DNA of 31,351 nt, taken from Geosiphon pyriformis uo1 (Eukaryota; Fungi; Glomeromycota). This document shows, piece by piece, positions 12,679-23,337 of the stretch. The notes under the pieces are model-generated. The model saw only the letters and a program-made list of their open reading frames with translations, was not told the origin of the DNA and searched no databases. How positions within the stretch are numbered: the stretch's first letter is position 1; each line of letters opens with the position of its first letter. The DNA is taken from positions 1 through 31,351 of the forward strand of contig JAAOMT010000774.1 of NCBI GenBank assembly GCA_016748015.1, given 5' to 3'. The position numbers and the translations under genes are program-made.

Positions 12679-13198
12679 AAAATTAAGAAGACAAAGAGTC
12701 AATTTTTTAAGTAAAATTATTTATTACTTATTTTTTTATTTTTTGAAATTTTTTAATTAGATTTAAATAAAAAAGAAAATAATATTGGTTATAAATTTTA
12801 TTAATACTAATGAAATCTTTAACAAATTTTTTAAACATAAATTATTAGATTTATAAATTTTAAGTTAATTTTCTGAACAATTTTTTGGCTAATATTACCA
12901 AAATTTTTTTAAACAATAAAGTTTTTTTAATAATTTATATGTTCAATATATTTTGTTTTAAATATAATATTTTTGTCTTAAAAGTTTTGAATTATTTTAA
13001 GTATTTTAAAATTGTCAAGTTTTTTCAGATATTTCAGCATAGTTTTTGTTAATTAATTTCTAAATTTTTTTTTTATTAACATTTAACAAGTGAAGTCCAA
13101 ACACTACTTAGAACTATACATCAAAGAAATGATCTAAACTAAGTGCAAATCATGCACTTTTTACATGTGACCAGCCATTTGAGCCAGTCAGAACACTA

Positions 13199-14063
13199 CT
13201 ATGCAATTATATTAACAGAAACCAGATCACCAATACCTGAGAAAAAAGAACAAGATTTGCGAAAGCCAAAACAGATGCCAAAAGCTTCAGCAATACCAAG
13301 CAATTTAACCACATCATCTGAGAATCTCAAAACCAAACCAGAAACTGGGACAGAAATCGAGCCATTCACCATGATCAGGCCATTTTTTTCCATGTATGCA
13401 TGATACTTGACATGGACCAACCAAATGTTATTCCTGAAAGCGACACAAAGAGAGCATACAAAATCAACAATCTTAATACCAGCGACTATGGAATCATGGA
13501 AGATGGAAATAGTCTCCTGAATTCACCCTTTGAAAACAAAACCTTTGTAAAGAGCTAAGGATACCAGGAAGTCTGAAACACTGGTTGACAGCAGCTGTAA
13601 AACACTTAAAAAAAAGAAGGAAAGACCAGAAAGCGTCTTCCAAGAAGACATACAGGATTCCAAAACCCGATGATGAGCTGAATTATCAATTACACAAGAA
13701 AATACATGATCAGACACCTCCATCTTATCACAATACAGACACAAAACACTGGGGTAGCATTTATTATAAACACGCTTTCAAACAGCCATGGGAAGCCAAT
13801 GGTGCAAAGCCTTCATGAGGTAAGTATGAGTGTCAGCAGTACGCCTACTGGTGAAATCTGTTGCCATGTGTAAATCAGGATGCCAAACCCTGGAAAAACT
13901 AAGCCAATCAACATCCATGTGCAAATTTTCAGGTAGAAACCTAGAACTGGAACCAACCTCCCAATATGCCCGACAAACAGCACAAAAAATGTCTTGAACA
14001 AAGTGTCTAGAATTACCAAAGACAATACTATCATCTGCCAACAAAAAATGTTCATCAACATGA
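13199..14063 (-). pseudogene. LINE L ORF2, 3' part (post-RNase H region with C-terminal Cys/His finger)
   Basis: Pieces 13778-14044, 13523-13744 and 13199-13420 share one frame and include CLYCDKMEVSDHVFSC. The frame joins to 24166 across element B as FLPP[R]VDEHFLLAD. Confidence 0.88.
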
Positions 14064-14922
14064 TGTTACAGACAATTTCTGGTGTTGAATTAAACACAAA
14101 TCCATAACTTGGTGCTCAAAGCTATTTTTGTTGTCGATGATCTGAAGGTTTTGTATTTGAAGAGTTTGGTTGAGTTTTTTGTATAATGAACAGAGATTCA
14201 ATGGTGATAATTTTCTCCATAGCTTTCCGAAACTGCAGTTTCATTAATTTTTTTCTCAGCTTGATGGCCAGTATTCCTTCTGGTAAACTATCTTCAATTG
14301 AGTATTCTATTCTTATTTTTGGGTCTTTTACCAGTCATGTTTATCCTGACATCAGTGCCCCACACATTAATCCTTAATAGAGTTAGTAAACAACAACAAA
14401 ATCAAAGCAAAAAAATAAAAAAAATAAAATAAAATAAAGGAAGAAAAAAAATAAGCCAAGGCGATTTGCAAGTTAGTATCCCATCAATAGCCATAATCAA
14501 GAGCTATTGTTCTAGCATGGTTAAGTATCAATTATTATCAACATGAAGTGTCGATAATGGAGAGTGGATTGAGATATGAAATAATTATTTATTTAATGAT
14601 TGTGATTTGGAGAGTTGCTTAGATTAAATCTAAACTAAGAGGTCTGTCTTTTCAGCTTCTAATTCTGCTGCTATATATACATAATTGAGATTCTTCAATT
14701 CTTTGATTCTTTACGACAGGAATCCTGGAATTCCTGGAACCCTGCGATTCCTTTGAAAGGAATTCTGAAATTCTGGAATTCTGCGATTCTTCGTCAGGAA
14801 ATTCTGAAATTCTTGGAATCCTACAATTCCTGAGAGGAATCTTGGAATTCCACATTTACTATGCCTACTTCTAATTGGCTAATAATTATGCTAATATATT
14901 TTCTATATTTCTATGAATAACA
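14064..14922 (-). repeat. Element B 3' LTR (859 bp)
   Basis: Direct repeat of 23338-24165. Differences are mostly transitions plus repeat-number and homopolymer changes. Confidence 0.96.
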
Positions 14923-14937
14923 TTATTTCCTCCTTTT
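14923..14937 (-). promoter_or_regulatory. Element B polypurine tract
   Basis: AAAAGGAGGAAATAA on - abutting the 3' LTR. Confidence 0.88.
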
Positions 14938-17900
14938 AATATTGAGCTCCATCGAAATCTAACTTGTTTAATTCCCCCTTTTGAAGTATTTCCTGAATTT
15001 TGTTTTCGAGGATTACTTGTGTTATTTGGGTCTGTAATTCTTCAAATTGAGCATTGGTGATCTTTCCCAATTGATTACTGGTGACCATATCCATTGCTTG
15101 GTTGAGTAATATTTCTGGTCTATCCTGAAATGCTGTTTGTATTCAGTATATAGCTCAGACCTGTGTGGACAAGTTGTTCTTTTCCACAAAATGTTCTAAT
15201 TGTTGTAGTATTTTTTTGTCGAATAATTGTTTTGTTTTATCTGTATATAGATTCTGGATATTTACATGTTGTCCCAAGTAAAAATAACAATAGTTTCGTG
15301 GAAATTGTTGTATCCACCAATTCCAAGTTTTTTTAGTCAACTCTTGATATAGTGACTCTTTTGTCAACTCTCTTATTGCTAATTTTACTTTTGCAATGAT
15401 TTTGTTCACAGTAGTTTTAGTTTTCTTTTGTGTTCTGAGTTGTAATGTCTTTCTAGTATCTTGATATCGAATGGTTTGTTAATTGATTGTAATCTTCATT
15501 TCCTAGTGTTGGATCAATTGAAAGAGTTGTTGTGCTAGTGAGTGAATGTTGTCTGTAATTTCCATTTTTCTGATATTTTCTGTTGCATCTACTATGTCTT
15601 TATATATTCTTTTAATGGCTCAATTTAATGTGTTGTTGTTAATAATAATGATTGGTTCCAGATCTCATGGAATCTGATCTGGTTGGACTAGTATTCTCTG
15701 TACTCCTAATTGTAGAATATTATTAGTGAATGGTGATATGGTGTTGTGGTATAATTTTAGTCAATCTCCATGTGCTGCTTTGGTTAAGATTTTGTTGTCC
15801 AATCTTAATTTGTAAGCTCCATTCCCTAGAATTTCTTCTATGTAAAATGGTCCATCCCATTTGGGATCAAATTTTCTACTCCATTGTTTTTCCGCTTTAG
15901 TATGATGTAAAAGTACTTTGTCTCCAATCTTGAATTCAACTGGTTTGTCTAGTAGTTGGTTATTGTGCCTCTCTTTTTGTTTCTCTTGTGCCTTTTTAAT
16001 ATTATCAGCTGCTCTTTGTTGCTTGTTTTCTAGAGTTTTCATCAAATTATATGTTCTTCTTAATAATGTTTCCTGAAAATTGTCTACAGTTATTGGTTTT
16101 GTTGAATAAGTGTTGACTTCTATCTCGACTGGTAGTGTTGCTGTTCTACTGTATACTAATTTAAATGGTGTTGTTTGTGTAGTGTCTTGCTTCATTGTCC
16201 GATAAGCAAATAGTATTGATGGTATTAACAAATCCCATTCATCTTGGTTTTTTTGGCTGAGTTTTGCTATTGCTTTATACAATGTTCTATTAAATCTTTC
16301 AACTAATCCATTGGTTTGTGGATGGTATGGTGATAATAGTGGTCTCTTAATTCCGAACTTTTGGCTTAGTTCTGCTAATGTTCTATTCACAAAATGGGTT
16401 TTTTGGTCTGATAATAGTTCTTTTGGACATCCATGTCAACAAATCAAATCTTGATAAACAAATTCGGCAATGAATTCTGCATCTGCTCTTTAAATTGCTT
16501 TTGCCTCTGGCCATTTAGTAAGATAGTCTATGACTACTGCTATGTATTTGTTTCTTCTGCTGGTGATTGTTAATGGTCTGACTAAATCAATTCCAATACA
16601 GTCAAATAGTTGTTTCACTTTGATTGGTCTTAATGGTTCACTGGGTTTTGTTCCTTTTCTTCACTAACAAGCATCACAATTTTGAACATATTAGATGATG
16701 TCTGGGTACATTGATGGCCAATAGTATCTCTTTTTGATTCTTTCCATGGTTGCTTCTTTGTGAAAATATCCTGCTGTTGGATTTAAGTGCATGTTGAATA
16801 ATATGGTTTCTTTTTCTGGCTCTGTAATTACTCTGGTTGGTTGCTTTAGATCTCTTCTATTTTTCTGATAAAGTATATTTTGGTGAGTGAAAAAATATTT
16901 TGATTGTTGTTTTATACTCTTTCATTCTGTTTGAAATAAATTCTCCTTGAACTGTTGAGTGTATATATAATGTAGCAGTTGTTGATATTTTTGTATGTTC
17001 ATCTTTTATTATATTTTTGGATTGAAATGTTCTTAGATTTGTCTCATTTGCAACAAACTGTTAGCATTTCCATTGTTTTTTCTCTTTTTATAATGTATCA
17101 TATAATTATATGGTGTGAGTGCCATTTTTCATCTTGATTGTCTTCTATCTCCAAATTCTTGTTTTTGAAGTGATGTTAATCCTTTGTGATCTGTGTATAC
17201 TTCAAACTTCTGGCTCAAGTATTCTTTCTATTTCATGACTGCCCAGTATATCGCTAAGTGTTCTTGTTTCGGTGTTTCATAGTTCTTTTCGGCTGGTGTT
17301 AAATCTCTGCTGGCATATGCTACTAGATGTTCTCTGCCGTCTGGTCCTTTCTGAGATAGTACTGTTTCCAATGCTTGGCTGGATGCATTAGTGGTGATGA
17401 TGAATGGTTTGCTGTAATCTGGATAGATCAGTACTAGAGCTTGAATGAGCTTTTTTCTCAGAATATCAAAAGCTTCTTGTTGACTTTCTGTCCATTCATA
17501 TTTTGTATTCTTGGTTTGCAGTTGGTTAAGTGGCTGCACTATCTTGGAAAAGTTCTTGATAAAACGTTGATAGTAGTTGGCAAATCTCAAGAATGATTTC
17601 AGTTCTGTCATATTGGTCAGCACTGGAAAGTTTTTTACTATCTCTATTTTCTCTGGATCTGTTTTGATGCCATCTTTGCTAACTATGTGTTCCAAGAATT
17701 TTAATTTTGTCTTGCCGAAGAAGTACTTTATTGCATTCAACTTTAGTCCTGTTCTTCTTAGTCTTTCGAACACTTGTTGAAGATGATGAAGATGATCATC
17801 AAATGTTTTTGAGAATACATTGGTATTGTCCAAGTATACAACTACTGATTTCCACAATAAGCCAGTATAAACAATTTCCATTAGCCATTGGAAAATGGCT

Positions 17901-18865
17901 GGAGTGTTGGTTAAGCCAAATGGCATCACTTCAAATTTGAAATTCCCTTCTCTAGTGGTGAATGCTGTTTTCTTTTTGTCAGCTGAATTCATGGCTACTT
18001 GCCAATAACCACTATCCAAGTCTAATGTTGAGAACCATTTGTTTCCACCGAAAGCATTGAATAATTTTTGTATCCATAGAGTTGGGTAGCTGTCTCCATG
18101 AGTTACACTATTTAGTTTCCTATAGTCTACACAAAATCAGATCTTTCCATTTTTCTTACGAACGAGTATTACTGGTAATGACCATGGGTTTATTGATGGT
18201 TAAATTAACCCATTGTCTAGCATTTGGTTGATCTCTTAATGGATGATTTCATGGCTGGCTGGTGGCACTCTATATGCTCACTGTTTGATTGGCATTGCAT
18301 CTTCAGTCTTAATTTGATGTTGGATGATGTCAGTTCTGCCAAATTTATTTTCACTGGCAAAAATGTCATTGAAATTGTTGAGTAACATCTTGAGCTGCAT
18401 ACATTGTAGTGGGTCTAGATTTCTCATGTTTATTTGTTTTAATTGTTCTGGTTGGAGCAAATAACATTCATCTCGTCCATAGATTGTTTGTGATGTAATG
18501 TTGACATATCTACAAAGTTGTGGAAAATCTGGAATGGGGTTTGGTGGTTGATTCTCTATTTCAGTGTTTAAGTATCCAATGATAGTTCTGGCTGGTATTA
18601 CTATGACATTTCCTGTGTTGTTATAGATGGGGATTTTGATGTGGCTGTAATCTTTGGCTGGTATGTAGAGATTAATGAGTCCAATCTTTCTTGATTTGCA
18701 AAGAGTTGGTTCTGCTTCAAAAATCTGATGCTGTTTTTTTTCCTTCCTTTCTATTGCTAGCATGTACTGGTTATATGGTGAAATGGAAATAGCTTGACCA
18801 ATTGAGATAATTTCTCCTTGGCCAACAATTTTTTCCTCCACCATATTAACTGGTACATTTATTCT

Positions 18866-19260
18866 ACCCGTTGACCCAAATTCTTATATCCCTCTTGCTG
18901 TTATTCCTAACTCTTTCCTCTTTCTCATTGATACTAACTGAGCTACTTTAACCAGAGGCAGAAATATTGCCTGTGCTATCTTTTCATTGGGCTCTACTAT
19001 ATAAGCCTTTTCTGAGTCATTTTGTAGCATAGCAATAATATTTTCTACATATCCTGTGTCAATTATTCCTCCTCTTATATTAATCTCTCTTTTTGCTAAA
19101 CTACTCCTAGATGCTAATTGAACTATAGTTGTTGCCGGAATTTCTAGTGCTATTTTCAGATCAATACAGGTGCGTAAATGTGGTTCCAATTTGATGGCCT
19201 CTTTTCCTGGATACCTCAGATCAAACCCAGCATCAGTATTATGCACATGTTCAGGCCTGA
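18866..19260 (-). pseudogene. dut: dUTPase domain within element B pol
   Basis: All five trimeric dUTPase motifs are recognisable: AGFDL, SRSSLA, GIIDTGYVE, EKIAQAI and RGI*EFGSTG. Confidence 0.93.
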
Positions 19261-21269
19261 TATTCTTATTATTATTACTGAACCATTTTAGTTCCAATTC
19301 TCTGATGAGGTTAGAGATTGCAATATATTGTTTGTATTTTGTATCAGAGTTTGAATCTGAGTTGGAATTAGTATCATTGTTGTTGCCATATTGAACGGAA
19401 CTGGAACTGGTGTTTTCATTGTCATCATCATTGGAGTTTGAATTGGGATTGAAAATCAATTCCAATTCTGATGTGCAGCTGCTGATTGGCTCTTTCTCTT
19501 CGGGGATTGTGTAAATCATGCATGGTGGTGGATTGTAAATGAGGTCACAATTGTCACAATAGTCAAAGTCACTGGGAATTAAACAATGGTGACACAGTCT
19601 TGTATTCAACTGTGCTAGCCATTGTTCTTGCTCTTCTCTAGTAGGTGCCAAGTTTTGGTAGTGTTCATGAAACTCTTCTGGTTCTAGGGAATTTATGACT
19701 GGCTCTGTGTCCCAGTCAAGCTTGATAGATTTTGGTGGGTTGTTTTTAATTACCCTGATTTCTTCTGACAACACACTTTCAATTTTGGCGCTTGCCATCT
19801 GCCATAATTTATCATCATCATGTGGATAACAACTGTCCAATCTCTGTATGGCTCTTCTCCAAGCAGCTTCTATTGGTGTCCCTTTTCGTACCCAGTTGCT
19901 GATAAAGATTGTATATTAACATAATACATCGCACATTCCTCCATGTCCAGGAATGTCGTTCCATATTCTTTTATCAAGAAGGGTCTCCCCACAAGCTAAG
20001 CATGGTTGGCTGTCCCATTTCCCTATACATTCTGGTCTCCCAAAGTGTTCAAGGATGCATGGGCGGCAATAGAACTTAGTTGTTGTTGAATATTCCTCAT
20101 TATCGCCACAGCATACACCCATTGACAACAACTTTTTGTCACAATTGACGTAGATAAGCTTAGATCGATGATAGTTAGATCATTGTAATATAGTGTAGGT
20201 ATTATATGTGATGATGGTTTGAGTGGTCTTTTCTTTTCTTTCTTTTCCTTTTCCTTTATCTTTTTTGTTTTTTTTCTATTTTCAGCTGGAAGTTGGTTCG
20301 CTCTCGTCATTGTTGGTCCATGTCAGGTCATTGGTTTCTCAGGTAAGTTCTTCCTTCTGTTTTCCTTTCCTATCATCATTCCAGGCAAGTATTGGCAGTA
20401 GTTCATTGTGGTTGACATCAGTCCACGACACTTGGTATGCTTCCCAGGTAGGCTTTGGCTTCTCTTTCTCGAAGTCGATTAGTAGTGCCATGGTGTTGGT
20501 TGCCTTGAAGTGGCCACATATGGCTGGTACTCATGTGTGTTGTCCATTCTGACTGAGTTGGAGTTTTTGCATGGTCCAGTTGAGCACAGTGTTGATTTTG
20601 ACTAGCCAATTATTACCAACTAGTGTTTGGTACTGAGTTGTTTCCATCACTAAGACCTTAATGGAAGTAACGATACCATTGATTTCAATTGGGAAGTTGT
20701 CGATTTCACCCATAGGCGTTTTCATGGCACTATCTGCAGTAATAATTCTAGTGCTGGCAGTCCGGTCAACTTGGCGACCTAATTGATTCATGAGTTGCTT
20801 GGTGATGATGCTGCCTGCTGAACTACTATCAAGGATGAGTTTGATAGAATGTCTATCTACTTTCATGTCAGTGTACATTACTGTAATGGGTTTCTTTTTG
20901 AGGGTGGCTCCACTAAATAACGGTAATTGGAATGGTTCCTCAAGTTCAAAAGAGAAGATGGCTGCTAAGAATTCATTATTGGTAACAGTGGCTGAAGGTA
21001 TGTTGCTGAAAAGTGTCACTTGTTGGTTGGTTTCTGAAGTGTTGGAAATGGCATCTTTTGGGGTAACCAGGAGACTTAAATAGTTTTGGGAATTCGGGTT
21101 TTAGGTGGCATTGGTATCTGAATTCCGAGAACGCAATCCTGATAGTGAGTTAAAAAAACTGGAGATCAGTTAATAGACAACCATCACCGATCTCCAGTTT
21201 TGTGTGATTTTAGGTCTGGGGTGGCCTGATGTCATATTAGCTGAATTTTGGGGTGGCGTCTAAATTGAT

Positions 21270-21392
21270 TGGGGTTGATAAATTACTTGAGACTGTGGTT
21301 GATAAATGACTAGTGGTTGTGGTTGATAAATTGTTGGTGGCTGTGGCTGATAAATTGGAGGTTAATATACTGGTGGTTGATAGATTGGCTGC
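21270..21392 (-). repeat. Imperfect coding repeat (IYQPQ/YQPP units) in element B gag C-terminus
   Basis: Recurrent GGTTGATAAAT-like units on +. They translate in the gag frame as PIYQPPVY*PPIYQPQPPTIYQPQPLVIYQPQSQVIYQPQ. Confidence 0.75.
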
Positions 21393-23318
21393 TGCATTAT
21401 GGGCAGATAAGTGGTTTGATATTGGTTTTGATTTGGGTAGTGATTCTGAGTCTGAAATCTGTGATTGGGGTTTCAATATTGGTTTTCTGATCTTGGATTG
21501 TTGCTATAAAATCTGCAATCTGCTTTTATGTGTCTTTGTTTACCACAATTGTGGTAAACACGCGTTTCTGGCTGTCACAACTGATTAGGTGTTGCTAATG
21601 ATGATGATGGATGCAACTAATTTTGGAAACAATTTGCATTTCCTGGATTATTATATCATTGTGGTGGTTGATAAGTGGCGTAATTGTCAGTTAAGTATCC
21701 CTCTAATTTCTGATTAATTGAATCACTAAATTGTTTTAATTTGGAATCCAATTCAAATGATCCATTTATTACTAGGTTTACTGCTTGGGCATAATTGGCT
21801 TTTAACTCAGCTGCTTTAAAATCTTTGGTGTGTGTAACTGTGGTAGGGAAGTCAACTGGATGCATTGGGCATACTCGCTGAAGGAGATTACTGCACAAAC
21901 CTCTAATAAATTGGTTCAAAATCTGTGGCACTGTAAAATAGTCATCTTGGATTGCCTGAATTTGGCACAGATTTATATGAAAGCATCCCAAGTAAGTAGT
22001 AACTGCTTCTGTGTCTCCTTGTTTGATGGTGGTGAAAGTACTTGCCAAGTGGTTAATGCTGTTGTTATTACTAAAATACCTCAAAAATTCTAACTTGAAG
22101 ACATTAAAGTTTTAAGGTTTCTGGGCTAAACTGTGATACCAGAAGTTTGCCATGTCTTTGAGAAAATAGGGGATGACTTGCATGGTTTTGGTATCATCCC
22201 AATTATTAGCAATGATTGCTTTGGTGACATCATTGATCCAGGCTTGAGCATCGTCCTCTTTGCCAGTAAAATGGTCAAGTTTTGCAATTGGTGCATAGGC
22301 CATTAGATCTAAGTTGGGTTGTTGTGGTGGTTGTTGAAGCAGTTGTTGTTGTACTGATTGTTAGAGTGGTGGAATAGGTTGTTGAAATAATCTTTGAAGA
22401 AGATTTAGTGGCTGTTCAATGACGATTACTGGAGATAAGTTTTGCTGATTAATTAATTCAGGGTTTGGATTGTTCTGTCTTTGATGATTTGGAGTTTTGA
22501 TTTCTGAATTTTCCAGATTTAGATTTTGCTGAGCTTGAAGATTCGGGGTTTCAACTTCCGGGTTTTCAGTGATCGGGTTTTGGTAAGTAAATTCTTGATC
22601 TTCTGATTTTTTTTCCTCTTCTTCTTCAGATAGTTCCCACAGGGTAGTGGTTCCAAAGTCCAGTTGAGGTGGTGGTAATCGAATTTCTGATGGGGTTGGT
22701 GATCGTGATTTAAATTCTTCAAAATACTTGCTGTATGGTCCTAATAGATCTGTTTTTCTTTGTTTACTTTGGAATGGGAATTGTCTGAATGTTGATATTG
22801 CGTTTGATGTGGATGTGTTTGCTGATGTTATATTGATGGCGCTTTCCAGTGTGTAGTAATAGGATGGGGCGGTTGGTGATTTAACTTTTGTTTTCTTCCA
22901 AGTGGGTAGTTGTATCTTTTTGGGTGTTACCGCTGGTGTTTGTAGTTTTCCTTTTCCTTTACTGGCATAAGTAATTGGATATCTTTGTTGGATATAATGT
23001 TCAATTTCTTTGTTGATTTCAGTAATGATGGAGGCAAAATTGTGATTTGTTGGCAGGTTGGTATTTTGAATTAATTCTCTGTAGAAAGTTTTCCTGGCTG
23101 ATTCAGTATTCACTGGTGTTCCTAACAAAGAGGAAATTTTTTCGTTGACGTAGAAATTAAAGGCTGATTCGGCGGATATATGATTGTGGCTTAATCCCAA
23201 GTGTTGACAATAATGTTGAAATAGGGATTTTGCAAATCTTAAATGGTTTGCTCCTATGTTTTCTGATTCTGCCACTTTTGGTTTGTGTTTATTGGTGCTG
23301 GTTTTCTGTAAGATTATA

Positions 23319-23335
23319 CCTCACAAGAAGCACCA
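23319..23335 (-). promoter_or_regulatory. Element B primer-binding site
   Basis: TGGTGCTTCTTGTGAGG, 2 nt from the 5' LTR. It is complementary to a tRNA 3' end CCUCAC-AAGAAGC-A-CCA. Confidence 0.9.
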
Positions 23336-23337
23336 AA

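Larger units (their letters stand above)
10405..12703 (-). mobile_element. ORF1-only, poly(A)-tailed non-LTR retroposon (HAL1-like non-autonomous element H)
   Basis: A single ORF1-like frame is followed directly by a ~140-nt 3' UTR homologous to LINE L's 3' UTR and an A tail (T runs at 10405-10420 on +). It shares a 5' motif with L. No endonuclease or RT sequence is present. The 5' end is approximate. Confidence 0.8.
14936..23275 (-). pseudogene. gag-pol: Element B gag-pol, one reading frame (~2780 codons) with point stops
   Basis: ORF pieces starting at 23275, 22303, 22084, 21019, 20131, 19840, 18844, 18019, 16390 and 15409 are all in the same frame. Motifs: capsid (FTGKEDDAQAWI), knuckle YHNCGKQRHIKADC (~21515-21556), PR LILDSSSA, RT YLDN and MPFGLTN, RNase H, IN (SPYHPQTNGLVERFN, WDGPF). 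Confidence 0.93.

Noticed and set aside
10380-12745. TSD for element H
   Set aside because: Only loose A/T-rich similarity between the flanks, not distinguishable from chance.
14760-14830. Heat-shock element array in the LTR
   Set aside because: GAA/TTC spacing is mostly non-canonical (period ~9); only an isolated TTCnnGAA occurs.
14652-14855. ORFs 14652-14855 and 5452-5661, and the repeat arrays as CRISPR-like
   Set aside because: These are translations of LTR U3 tandem repeats. There are no unique spacers and no cas genes.
14936-15740. env gene or chromodomain after integrase
   Set aside because: No signal peptide, transmembrane segment or chromodomain motif is visible.
17000-17035. Integrase as a separate ORF (three TAA codons then ATG after RNase H)
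   Set aside because: Integrase stays in frame with RNase H in both A and B, and the stops can derive from CAA/CAG. Not decidable without a consensus.
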